A stretch of DNA of 64,000 bases. Source: a virus. Its lineage: Duplodnaviria > Caudoviricetes. Where the stretch lies: the IMG/VR virus record IMGVR_UViG_3300026549_000895, positions 175,831-239,830 of that record. One strand, 5' to 3'. The position numbers and the translations under genes were made by a program. This document shows, in pieces, positions 41,635 to 51,131 of the stretch. How positions within the stretch are numbered: the stretch's first letter is position 1; each line of letters starts with the position of its first letter. The notes under the pieces are model-generated. The model was not told the origin of the DNA. It saw nothing but the letters and a program-made list of their open reading frames with translations, and ran no database searches.

Positions 41635-42627
41635 ATGGCTAAAAAGGTAACAGCTGATGCTGCAGAAAAACAAATGATCGAACTCATGTTAGCATCTCTT
41701 GATAAGATATATTCTGATAAAACATCAGAAGAGTATAAGACAAAAGGAGATATAACAAAGCTTCGCATCTATAAAGATCTTGACAGAATGATTACTGATC
41801 TCAAGACTCTTAAGAAGTTTCCTGGTCAGTATGCAAAGGATATTCGTACAACATTCGATGAGCTTCATCGTCCTATATGGAAATCAAATGTTGAGAAGTA
41901 TATCAGACAGCCTAATGAGGAGAACGCTTTGTATACCGCTGTCTACACAGTCGGTGTTCGTGTAACTATCGATGAAGTTTCACGTATCTATTCTTCAACA
42001 AAAGCAACTGTTGATGGCGGTTTGGAATTCAATCCTGACAAGCTCATGAAGAGAAACGACCTTCGTCCTTTCTTCGCTAACTTCAACCGGTCTCTTGAGA
42101 AGTACATCGATGACTACATTAAGAAGCATGGTTCTGAAGTGACACAGGAAGCTCTTATTCCTGTGGCTGTGAAAAACTTCTTTTCAAAGACTCTTGGAAA
42201 ATGGATCGGTCGTGAAATCATAACTAATACTATAGGCATTTTCAAGAGAGCTTTCCACAGTATCAGAAATCTCAATCCTATGACACTTGCAAATGCTTTC
42301 CTCATTCGTAAGTATGAGAATATCGAGAATGCTTTCAATGCAACACTCGCAAACTATCAGGCTACCAAGGAAGCATATGAAGAGTATATGAGACTTCCTA
42401 CAGCAAAAAGAAATCCTGCAGTAATTGCTAAGTATGAGAAGAACTTGAAGAATCTTCAGAACAGCATCGACAACCAGTGGGCTAAGATTGAACATTTCAA
42501 TCAGCGTGCTAAAGAAGATGCTGAAGAGAAAGCTGAGAATACAGAAGTTCCAGATGAAGCACCAAATCAATCTTCTTCAAGCAATGACAATTCATCATCT
42601 TCCGATAATGATGGATTTGATTTCTAA
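41635..42627 (+). CDS. Putative virion head protein
   Basis: 330 aa; VTQEA motif; C-terminal coiled coil. Confidence 0.65.
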   Translation: MAKKVTADAAEKQMIELMLASLDKIYSDKTSEEYKTKGDITKLRIYKDLDRMITDLKTLKKFPGQYAKDIRTTFDELHRPIWKSNVEKYIRQPNEENALYTAVYTVGVRVTIDEVSRIYSSTKATVDGGLEFNPDKLMKRNDLRPFFANFNRSLEKYIDDYIKKHGSEVTQEALIPVAVKNFFSKTLGKWIGREIITNTIGIFKRAFHSIRNLNPMTLANAFLIRKYENIENAFNATLANYQATKEAYEEYMRLPTAKRNPAVIAKYEKNLKNLQNSIDNQWAKIEHFNQRAKEDAEEKAENTEVPDEAPNQSSSSNDNSSSSDNDGFDF

Positions 42628-42646
42628 AAAAGAAATACATTATTTT

Positions 42647-42669
42647 ATCCCCCGGGTTACCCGGGGGAT
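42647..42669. terminator. GC hairpin terminator
   Basis: atcccccggg-tta-cccgggggat. Confidence 0.75.
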
Positions 42670-42687
42670 TTGTAATGTATTTTTGGG

Positions 42688-42731
42688 AAAAACAATACAC
42701 CCACATGACGCCTGATTCATGGGATGTATTG
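42688..42731 (-). terminator. Terminator of the tRNA-containing transcript
   Basis: Minus strand caatacatcccatga...tcatgtgggtgtattg followed by TTTTT. Confidence 0.65.
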
Positions 42732-42761
42732 CTTTTGAAAGGAAAGCATAAAAATGCCTGT

Positions 42762-42885
42762 GGTAACGATCGCCATACACAATGCTCGTTTACTCATTGC
42801 TGAACGGATTAGCAAAGGTTCATGTAAAAATGTCTTAAAACCATGAGCCTTCAATTCACCAATGGAACGAATGGCGAAAGTTACC
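42762..42885 (-). ncRNA. Candidate ~125-nt rod-shaped RNA directly 3' of the tRNA
   Basis: Nested complementary blocks across the whole length; no SD-led ORF. Confidence 0.5.
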
Positions 42886-42887
42886 GT

Positions 42888-42962
42888 TGGTTGGGGCAAT
42901 GGGATTCGAACCCATGATGACGGTGTCAAAGACCGCTACCTTCACCACTTGGTCATGCCCCA
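42888..42962 (-). tRNA. tRNA-Gln(UUG) with encoded CCA
   Basis: TGGGGCA/TGCCCCA acceptor stem (U1-A72); anticodon arm gcggt-ctTTGac-accgt; GGTTCGAATCC T-arm. Confidence 0.95.
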
Positions 42963-43173
42963 ATAGGATAGCACCGACACGATTATTACCGTGCCGGTGC
43001 CGTTTAAGGTAGGAGGTTCATTCCCAGAGCATGAACTGGGTTATGAACATAATTTGAGAATCTATAAAAAGTCGATTCTCGTTAAATGAAATAATGTGAT
43101 CGTAGAACACGTCCAAAATATAGGAAAGTATCATCATAAAAAGGAGACATTACAATGATACATACTTGTGTAA

Positions 43174-43353
43174 TTAAAAGAAGTTAAATAATGCATCGGT
43201 TATAAAACCAAATAGATTGAATTCTTCTCTAAAGTTACTTCGTTCTGTGTTATCATTTGAATCATATGACTCAAAGAATGAATCATTCTTTTCCATCCAT
43301 TCTTCGCCCATTGATTCTTTGAATATAGATTCATTTTCGTTAGATTGCTTCAT
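43174..43353 (-). CDS. 59-aa acidic hypothetical protein missing from the ORF track
   Basis: SD aagagagg; MKQSNENES...DALFNFF-stop; promoter-like motif upstream. Confidence 0.6.
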   Translation of the reverse strand: MKQSNENESIFKESMGEEWMEKNDSFFESYDSNDNTERSNFREEFNLFGFITDALFNFF

Positions 43354-43405
43354 AGTTAAATACCTCTCTTATGCATTGTTATTGTGGATACGATGCTCTC
43401 ATATC

Positions 43406-43421
43406 CACAATAAAGATATAC
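43406..43421 (-). promoter_or_regulatory. Putative early-class promoter
   Basis: gtatatctttattgtg, 14/16 identical to 49095-49110. Confidence 0.55.
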
Positions 43422-43449
43422 ATATATAAAAGGAAATATTTTTCTATGA

Positions 43450-44502
43450 TTACAAAAGTTCGATGAGATTCAGACCTTTTACCGAAAGTTGAGATAGTGA
43501 ATCTATATCATATTTATCAACCATCTTCTCTTGAACTTTGTGACGAAGTGATGGTGATACCAGATTCAAATGAGATTGAATATCGATGAGTGTGAATGAT
43601 TTCTTTATATAATCATGCATTGTAGGTGGAATAACTCTCAATACAGAATCAACTGATTTTGGATTGATTGGAATTTCCCTACGTTCAACTCCTCTAAGAA
43701 TATCAGTAGATAACTTTGAGATTCCAGCATTTACAACTCCAATCAAACCACGATTGAAATCACCAATGATTGCATTCAATACTGCATAGAATACTGAAGA
43801 CTTACAGAACTCAGCCATTACCTCTTCATTGATATGAGTAATAGCTTGTGTTATCATTATTGGATCTGCAAGTTGCTGAATACCAGTATGAATGTATCGA
43901 GTATATATTACTTTCGTATCTGGCTCGAACATATACTGAGTATACAGAGGACTTCCAGAAACAATGATTCGTCGTCTGGGAGTCTCTGTAATTGAACGAA
44001 TAATTTCAGGTACGATATATGCATCCATTCGTTGACAATGGATCAAATATGAGTTTGGAACAAAGTTGAGTATCTTTTCAATGATTTTCAAACATTCATT
44101 CCAGTAATAAGTTATCTGTTTATATCTATCTTCATTATATTTGTTTTGCCATGGTACCAGATATGTTTTCTGGATTTCTCTTTCTGGTGCACACATAAGT
44201 TCGAACTTATTGCATATCAGAAAGATTCTTGAATTCTCTCTACGACGCATATAGTTCTTCCAGTGCAATAATGTAGTAAGGATAGTTTCAGCCATATCAC
44301 TTTCTACACCTTCTGAGAATGGAAGTTCTGTCATGTATTTCTTACTACCTGCAGCGGCGGTAAACAATGTGTCCAAATCAATGAACACATCGAAACCTCC
44401 ATTCCATTCATCAAGGAATTCTTCACCAAGTATAGCATTGATAGTTTTGTATTTAACTTTCAATGAACCTGATAATCTTCCCATTGAATATTTCATATCC
44501 AT
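43450..44502 (-). CDS. Divergent 5'-3' exonuclease/FEN (PIN-fold)-like protein
   Basis: VFIDLDTL near the N-terminus and IIGDFNRGLIGVVNAG (H3TH-like). Confidence 0.5.
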   Translation of the reverse strand: MDMKYSMGRLSGSLKVKYKTINAILGEEFLDEWNGGFDVFIDLDTLFTAAAGSKKYMTELPFSEGVESDMAETILTTLLHWKNYMRRRENSRIFLICNKFELMCAPEREIQKTYLVPWQNKYNEDRYKQITYYWNECLKIIEKILNFVPNSYLIHCQRMDAYIVPEIIRSITETPRRRIIVSGSPLYTQYMFEPDTKVIYTRYIHTGIQQLADPIMITQAITHINEEVMAEFCKSSVFYAVLNAIIGDFNRGLIGVVNAGISKLSTDILRGVERREIPINPKSVDSVLRVIPPTMHDYIKKSFTLIDIQSHLNLVSPSLRHKVQEKMVDKYDIDSLSQLSVKGLNLIELL

Positions 44503-44521
44503 AAATTATCACCTTCCTTGA

Positions 44522-46531
44522 TTATAACATTTCTTCACCCAGCATGTAATCGATAAACGAACGAGGACCAACTGTCTTGATGTTCTCACGAGTTTCTGCA
44601 ATTGATTGCATGAGTTGAGCCTTTGTATGTTCAGAAGCAAGACCTGTTGCAACGCTCTCTGAATTCTGCAATGCGAGTTTCAGATTCAGCATCTGATACA
44701 ATGGATCCGGTTTTCTCCAATCAGGACGAAGCATTCTGTTCTCACGAGCACGAATATGATTTGATATCATAATCTCTCCATGTACCGAAGGAAGCGGAAT
44801 TGTTTCAACAAACAGATCATTCAAATCATTTACAACATCCTCAATCTTATCATATGAAGACATTCTATTCTCGAACAGCTGTAAGATAGCCATGTAGTTT
44901 GCTGTCATCATGATATTGATCGGAATTACATCACACAGCGGTTTTCCGGAATTAACAACTGCAGATGATGAAATCTTGTAGTAACGATTATCATCATCTT
45001 CATACATTTTGGATACATCAAGGAATGAATCATCAAGGTGTAACGATGCATAATTCGAAATTCGTACATGAAGCATCTTCTTAGTTACGTACAAATCAAG
45101 ATACTCAGAAATGTTTTCTGTGTAATTATCCTTGATGAATATGTCGAATCTCTTCTCTTCATCTGCAACAAACAGTTCAGAGTTTTCGAGGTTGAAGTAA
45201 TCCTTACCCTCACCTTCGATATTTATCATCTCAGCATCAGTCTTCAGAAGATGCTTAGCTGACAAAATATTCTGAGAAACACGAGATGTACAGATTTCTG
45301 TTGTATAGATAAAGCCACCTTTAAGATGTCCAACCTTGAGATGTTTTGTACCATAACAAAGATGACAAACATCCTGCTTGAGGTTACATGTACATGGTGA
45401 TCTGAACCAGAGTGATTGACCAATAAGATGAGTATCTGTTGACTTAAGGATTCTCTCCTTACCCATATTCTTGGATGTGTAATAGAATCTACCCTCAAAC
45501 TGTTTAAAGTTCTTCTCAGTAAGTTTGATATGGATAGGATTAACAGAACCACAATCCCATACTGTAGGAGACAATGTACCATATGTCAGCATCATCAGAT
45601 TGTGATTGAAGTAACCTGCCTTACCCATGTAATCCTTGTTCATCAAGTCAGGAACACGAGCTGCAATAGCTGCAATGTAAACAGCCTGCTTAGTCTTATA
45701 TCCTCCAGAGAATCCGTTTCCATTTACTGTATACGGAACAATCTCTTGTCCATCAGGAGATTGACAAAGATGAATATACAGTTCTTCCATCTGTTTTGGT
45801 TTCAGAATCTTGATATACTTATTACATTTGAAGAAAGGATTGTTTCGTTCAGTCATAATCTTTTCAAGTTCCTGATACTTCTCTTTGTTCTTTGCAACAA
45901 TCTCAGCGGTCTGCATTGATTGAGGATATGTTGTATTATTGAGATCTCTGAATTCTTTGCATTCACGATAGTGATCCAACATCAGATTCTCTGCTGTAAA
46001 GACTGGCATTACTGCTTCGCCGAATATTTTAGTATATAACTTTATATCGAGAGAAACATCTGCCATGGTATTCAACATCTCTATTTGAGAATATCCATAT
46101 GATGCCAAAGTTTCAGTAATATTGTTGACGATTTCTTTACGACGTTTATCGGTTAATGCTTCGATAACTAAGAAATTATTTATATCTACGAATTCAATCC
46201 ACTTGATGATTGGTCTGAGAAATGCCAATGAGAACATGAATCTGTTCAGAGGCAATGTATAAACAACTTCATCATCAACGTCACATTTGAACTGAACGGG
46301 ATGTTTATGAAGATATCTACCTTTCTGATCACGGAAGCCCCAACACATAACGGCAATATCAGTTATTCGCTGTTGTAGCATAGAAAATTTGTCGCCCGGA
46401 TATCTATTGAGAATGATAGTTCCACCAATCTTTTCTTCCAAGGTTTCGACATCTTCAATGGTATCCAAATATTTTAAATCTTCAAATTCCGATTCGTTGT
46501 GTTCACAATCACAGTTTAATCTTAATCTCAC
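44522..46531 (-). CDS. Phage RNA polymerase beta-prime subunit, C-terminal piece (probably non-virion RNAP)
   Basis: KAGYF (bridge helix-like), DCGS, FRSPCTC...VCHLCYG Zn site, SQNILSAKH (trigger loop-like); GTG start fits SD ggagg spacing. Confidence 0.85.
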   Translation of the reverse strand: MRLRLNCDCEHNESEFEDLKYLDTIEDVETLEEKIGGTIILNRYPGDKFSMLQQRITDIAVMCWGFRDQKGRYLHKHPVQFKCDVDDEVVYTLPLNRFMFSLAFLRPIIKWIEFVDINNFLVIEALTDKRRKEIVNNITETLASYGYSQIEMLNTMADVSLDIKLYTKIFGEAVMPVFTAENLMLDHYRECKEFRDLNNTTYPQSMQTAEIVAKNKEKYQELEKIMTERNNPFFKCNKYIKILKPKQMEELYIHLCQSPDGQEIVPYTVNGNGFSGGYKTKQAVYIAAIAARVPDLMNKDYMGKAGYFNHNLMMLTYGTLSPTVWDCGSVNPIHIKLTEKNFKQFEGRFYYTSKNMGKERILKSTDTHLIGQSLWFRSPCTCNLKQDVCHLCYGTKHLKVGHLKGGFIYTTEICTSRVSQNILSAKHLLKTDAEMINIEGEGKDYFNLENSELFVADEEKRFDIFIKDNYTENISEYLDLYVTKKMLHVRISNYASLHLDDSFLDVSKMYEDDDNRYYKISSSAVVNSGKPLCDVIPINIMMTANYMAILQLFENRMSSYDKIEDVVNDLNDLFVETIPLPSVHGEIMISNHIRARENRMLRPDWRKPDPLYQMLNLKLALQNSESVATGLASEHTKAQLMQSIAETRENIKTVGPRSFIDYMLGEEML

Positions 46532-46620
46532 AGAAATCAACCTCCTATAGTTTATTTTTGAAATTAGAGTGTTAATATAAATTAGTAATTGAAGTTAAAC
46601 TATTTATACGATTTAATTGT

Positions 46621-46646
46621 TACTCCCCGGATTAATCCGGGGAGTA
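46621..46646. terminator. Palindromic GC hairpin
   Basis: tactccccggattaatccggggagta. Confidence 0.7.
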
Positions 46647-46655
46647 TAACAGTTA

Positions 46656-49025
46656 TTAGTTATCAAGCATTTCCTTGGTGAACTCGAAGTCGTCCAATAA
46701 CTTCTTTCTTCCAAGAATGTCTTGCTTTGTCTTACCCGAAATGATATCAAGTTCTTTAGCAAGAGCATATGCATCTGAAACATTGATTCTGATGAGTCTT
46801 CTTGTATTCGGATCCATCATCATTTCCTTTGTAGCGATAGCAGGATTTGAACCCAGACCTTTGTATCTGTCCTTTATTGCAGGATATCTCTTCTCTGTGA
46901 AGTTAAAGAATTCTGATAACAATGAAGCATATTCATCTCCATTGTATTTGTATTTAACAATCAGACCAAACTTCTTCTGAGCATCGATAACATATTTGAG
47001 TTCATGAATTAATGAGTCATCTATAACAACAACGAAGTCTATCAGATTATGAACGCCATAAACCTGATTGTTGGATTCATCAAATCCAATTTCCTTGAAA
47101 GTACCAGAAGCCATGTTCAACCATTTCTTCCAATGCTTTCTGAAATCTTCAACAGATTCTCCATACTTTGCAAATCCAAAAGCTATTAATTCCAATAACT
47201 CTGGATTGGAACTTCTGGAGATTGCAACTTCGTGAAGCACATTGTTATATTCAAATGCATCTGTTATCAATTCACGAGAAGTGAACTTGTCATCAACAAT
47301 CTTGATGTTTCCAACGGACTCCAAGCATTTCTCAAGATATTCTGTCTTGTTTGCGATATACTGATAATTTTTCTTACCAGTTTTACCAGTTTCAATCTTA
47401 TACAGAGGAGCTTCTGAAATATACAGTTTTCCTTCTGTAATGATTTCTGGCATCCATCTCCAGAAGAACAGAATAACCAGAACTCTAATCTGGAAACCAT
47501 CAATATCCGCATCAGTCTGTATGATGATTCTTGAATACTTCAAGTTCTTAATATTGAATGTTGGTCCAATACCACATCCGAGAACTTTAATCAAATCTCT
47601 CCATATACGTGATTGAAGAACTCTATCAAGACTTTCGCTCCAAGCATTCAGAGGTTTACCCTGCAACAGATATATTGCCTGGGTCTTTGGATCTCTGGCT
47701 GTACGAACACCACCTGATGCTGATTTTCCCTCACAAAGAGATATCTCGATAATGCGTTTATCATTCGATGAACACGAAATAAAGTTAGCAGGTTTCTCCC
47801 ATGACTTGATAGCTTTGGTTTCCTTTGAAACATTTCGAGCTTGCTCTCCAGCTTTACGAACTCGATTGTTCTGAATAACTATTTCAACTAAATCATTGAT
47901 ATGAGAAGGATGAGCGCATATCTCTTCATATACAGCTTTCTCGATAGCATGTAACAGAGGACGAGGGAACACATAACTCTTTTCCTGCGAATTGAATATG
48001 TTAGCACAGTCAGTTTCACACTTAAGAACTACCTGAAGATGTGAGAGAACATCCTTCTTTAAATCATCATCTTTCAAAGCCGGTTTCTTCTGAATAACCT
48101 TCTCTGTCAGATATTGAGTTAATCCATTGATAAGTCCATTCATATGCATTCCATTGTTGAATGTTGAAATCATATTCATCCAAGACTTACGAACATCTTC
48201 ACCCTTATAATCAGCCGAAGTATATACAATACTTGCTGTCAGATTGAATGATCTATTATACGGAACCTCTCGTACAATTTCAATCAACTTTCCAGAACAC
48301 GAAATATCATATGGAATACAAAGAGTATTGGCTGTTGTAATACCAGCCTCATCAAAATAGTCATATAGTCTTTTATGTTCAACGGAATATTTCTTACCAC
48401 GAACTGAATAGTCGAAATTTATCTTCGGAGATAAGGTGTATCTGAAACTTGTGACCCAATCAACGAGAGTATCCACAGGAATCTTATCGGTTCCGAGTAT
48501 TTGTTTGGAAGGTTTGAATTCTGTATACATTCCATGGTCGTCACCTGTATACTTCTCAAGATTCTCTTCAACAAGTTTTCCTTCTTTGTAGACAAGAGTC
48601 AATCTCTTCTTTTCCTGAGGACGTGTTGAAACTAACTTCAGATGAGATGACAATGCTGCTGATATTGTTGTACCTGCACCATTTTCACCAGCTGACATGA
48701 TACCTTCTTTTCTTATAATATTTGAACCTGCGTTCAAAGTCTCAAATATTTTTCGAAGATCTTTTGTGGCAATACCTCTACCATTATCTTTAACTGTCAG
48801 AGATGTGTCAGTTATTGATAATTCGATAGTGTTGCCAGGTGTGTCTGGTTTTATACATTCATCAAGAGAGTTTGCAACTATCTCATCACAAATGTGCTTA
48901 ACACCTTCTTCTCCAACATAGCCATTATACATAGCCGGTCTATTTCTGATTTTCTCAATATCAGATTCGATGAACATCATTTCATCATCTTTATAATCAA
49001 ATATACTTTTCTTATCTGCTTTCAT
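46656..49025 (-). CDS. gyrB: Type IIA topoisomerase B subunit (GyrB/ParE-like)
   Basis: IRNRPAMY, EIVANSLDE, DNGRGI, CEGKSA, QGKPLN, TDADIDG, RYKGLG; SD aaaggag before ATG 49025. Confidence 0.92.
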   Translation of the reverse strand: MKADKKSIFDYKDDEMMFIESDIEKIRNRPAMYNGYVGEEGVKHICDEIVANSLDECIKPDTPGNTIELSITDTSLTVKDNGRGIATKDLRKIFETLNAGSNIIRKEGIMSAGENGAGTTISAALSSHLKLVSTRPQEKKRLTLVYKEGKLVEENLEKYTGDDHGMYTEFKPSKQILGTDKIPVDTLVDWVTSFRYTLSPKINFDYSVRGKKYSVEHKRLYDYFDEAGITTANTLCIPYDISCSGKLIEIVREVPYNRSFNLTASIVYTSADYKGEDVRKSWMNMISTFNNGMHMNGLINGLTQYLTEKVIQKKPALKDDDLKKDVLSHLQVVLKCETDCANIFNSQEKSYVFPRPLLHAIEKAVYEEICAHPSHINDLVEIVIQNNRVRKAGEQARNVSKETKAIKSWEKPANFISCSSNDKRIIEISLCEGKSASGGVRTARDPKTQAIYLLQGKPLNAWSESLDRVLQSRIWRDLIKVLGCGIGPTFNIKNLKYSRIIIQTDADIDGFQIRVLVILFFWRWMPEIITEGKLYISEAPLYKIETGKTGKKNYQYIANKTEYLEKCLESVGNIKIVDDKFTSRELITDAFEYNNVLHEVAISRSSNPELLELIAFGFAKYGESVEDFRKHWKKWLNMASGTFKEIGFDESNNQVYGVHNLIDFVVVIDDSLIHELKYVIDAQKKFGLIVKYKYNGDEYASLLSEFFNFTEKRYPAIKDRYKGLGSNPAIATKEMMMDPNTRRLIRINVSDAYALAKELDIISGKTKQDILGRKKLLDDFEFTKEMLDN

Positions 49026-49094
49026 AATTTTCTCCTTTGAATAAAATAAGTTATGTATTTTAATAGTTACTACGAGAGCATTATTATCCCTCGA

Positions 49095-49110
49095 CACAAT
49101 AAGGATATAT
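49095..49110 (-). promoter_or_regulatory. Putative early-class promoter for the topoisomerase gene
   Basis: atatatccttattgtg on the minus strand. Confidence 0.55.
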
Positions 49111-49233
49111 CTCTATAATTAAAATATTTACAATCCAATAAGAGACTTATCGAGTGCAGTCTCTCGAGGGAGTGATGACCCCTCGTGTTAATGAATCCTC
49201 CATTGTTTTAATTCTTTTCTTCTTTGTGCAATA

Positions 49234-49251
49234 CCCTCCCTTCGGGGAGGG
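49234..49251. terminator. UUCG-loop GC hairpin
   Basis: ccctccc-ttcg-gggaggg. Confidence 0.55.
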
Positions 49252-49264
49252 CACCTTTCCAATT

Positions 49265-49297
49265 TTTTAACTTTTCATATGTATATTATTAATATGA
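49265..49297 (+). promoter_or_regulatory. Putative early phage promoter
   Basis: 31/33 identical to 913-945. Confidence 0.65.
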
Positions 49298-49538
49298 ATA
49301 GAACAGAGGATATCTATAAGGTGGAATTCCTTATGGCGGTCTATTAAGGTTTATGGATATGAAAAGCGAGTTCTATTCTCATATACCATAACGGCTCAGG
49401 ATTAATAGGTCGATATATGTGTGGGGGTGAACGTAAGACGACGCATCCCATCATCCCAGGAGAGAGGGTGGAGTAAAATCTCTCCATAGTTAAAAAGAAA
49501 CGCCGTTGACTTTTCAGCCGCGTTTCTTTTTTCTTTTT
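49296..49538 (+). ncRNA. Candidate structured ncRNA with pseudoknot and own terminator
   Basis: Five stems plus a 9-bp 5'-end/loop pairing; terminator 49492-49538; only tiny ORFs. Confidence 0.6.
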
Positions 49539-49595
49539 GTAGCGTATCCTTTGACAAATCGGTAATTTTTATTTTAAGAAAGGAGAGATCATTTA

Positions 49596-51110
49596 ATGCG
49601 TATTTTAAGTTTATACGATATTGATCTCAATATAAAAACAAATGATTTGATGGAAGTAACAAGTTCCAGAATATATTCAGGTGGTAATACATTCAATGAG
49701 AAAGGTTTGATGTCCGAAACGATATTTGGAATCACTCCTGAAGATAGAATGTATAAATGCGGATATATTAAATTGCCTTGTCATGTGTTCAATCCAGATG
49801 TTGCTAAAACGATAATCAATCGTGGTGGAGGTATCATCAGAAAGTGTGCATATGGTGAAGTAACTTGTGATATCATCGATGGAGTACTCACTAAGAAAGA
49901 AGGAGGAAATATCTGTGGTTTCGAAGATTTGTATAAGAATTGGGAAAAGATTAATATTGAGAAAACTTTGACATCAAAGGTTGCTAACAATATTACTATT
50001 CTCACAAAGTCTCCGAAACGTTTGTTGTTCACAGATAAGGTTTTGGTACTTCCTCCAAACTTCCGTCCTATTGGTGAAAGAAATGGTAGACCGGTAAAAG
50101 CTGAGCTGAATAACATATACGGAAAAATTCTTGGTTTGAAGGATGTATCATCACACACTTCAGGCAGAGGTGTCTATCCATTATACGGAAAGATTCAGGA
50201 TGCTTTAATCGAAAACTACACATACATTTCTAAATACATGGGAGGAAAGAATGGATTCTTACAGCGTCACCTGCTGGCAAAGAATACACAGATGACTCAG
50301 AGAAACGTTATTTCTGCTCCGAGGTATAATAAGAATAAGTCACCAATTGGAATTTTCAAAACAGGTTATCCATTGCATACAGTAATGGGACTGTTCCTTC
50401 CATTTGTTAAATTCCAAATGAAACAGTTTTTATCTTTTTCTAACATATCTCAAATGCATTCAAATCCCGAAGAAGTTGATGCCAGTACAATAGAGAATCT
50501 TTATGACTCTACTGAGATAGATGCATTAATTAAAATCTATGGTAAAAATCCTGGTAATAGATTCAGAAAGATGTATCTTGATGCAGAAGGAACTAAACCG
50601 ATTACAATTTCTTATTTTGATAATAATAAGAAAGAAGAGGTAACACGTGAACTCACACTGACTGATGTTGTTTACATTTGTGCTAAGAGAGCTGTTGAAG
50701 ATGGTAACAAACATGTTCTTCTGACACGTTATCCTATAGGAAGTTACAAGGGAACCTTCTTCTCAAAGGTACATATTTTATCGACTAACGATACGACAGA
50801 TGTAACTTTCCAAGGTGATAGGATGGAATACTATCCCGTGGTCGATCCTGATAGATCACATGGAGAAGTTGCTGTTTCTTTTGCTGATACTCTAACTCCT
50901 TCCAATTCACGTCTTTCTGCAATCGGCGGAGATTATGATGGAGACACTGTTAAGTCAGTTGGCATGTGGTCAGATGAAGCTAATGAAGAAGCAGAACGAC
51001 TCATGTATTCTAAGATATATTCTGTTCAACCTAATATGGATAGTATGTATGAAATTGCAAAAGGTTGTTTGAATGGTCTATATTCAGCAACGAAACGAAA
51101 AAAGAAATAA
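49596..51110 (+). CDS. Phage RNA polymerase beta-prime subunit, N-terminal catalytic piece (probably virion RNAP)
   Basis: GLMSETIFG, VLPPNFRP, GKNGFLQRHLLAK, RNVISAP, LTRYP and catalytic GGDYDGD. Confidence 0.92.
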   Translation: MRILSLYDIDLNIKTNDLMEVTSSRIYSGGNTFNEKGLMSETIFGITPEDRMYKCGYIKLPCHVFNPDVAKTIINRGGGIIRKCAYGEVTCDIIDGVLTKKEGGNICGFEDLYKNWEKINIEKTLTSKVANNITILTKSPKRLLFTDKVLVLPPNFRPIGERNGRPVKAELNNIYGKILGLKDVSSHTSGRGVYPLYGKIQDALIENYTYISKYMGGKNGFLQRHLLAKNTQMTQRNVISAPRYNKNKSPIGIFKTGYPLHTVMGLFLPFVKFQMKQFLSFSNISQMHSNPEEVDASTIENLYDSTEIDALIKIYGKNPGNRFRKMYLDAEGTKPITISYFDNNKKEEVTRELTLTDVVYICAKRAVEDGNKHVLLTRYPIGSYKGTFFSKVHILSTNDTTDVTFQGDRMEYYPVVDPDRSHGEVAVSFADTLTPSNSRLSAIGGDYDGDTVKSVGMWSDEANEEAERLMYSKIYSVQPNMDSMYEIAKGCLNGLYSATKRKKK

Positions 51111-51131
51111 ACAAAAATGGAGGATTTGTAA

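Noticed and set aside
42717-42929. 70-aa ORF on the minus strand
   Set aside because: Starts inside the tRNA and runs through structured RNA
49026-49097. N-terminal extensions in the ORF track (also 30364-30426, 1091-1126, 35548-35568)
   Set aside because: Better SD-linked starts lie downstream; some extensions overlap promoter or hairpin elements
49142-49203. Two small hairpins and an 18-codon minus-strand ORF upstream of the topoisomerase gene
   Set aside because: Short stems and no clear expression signals; not distinguishable from chance
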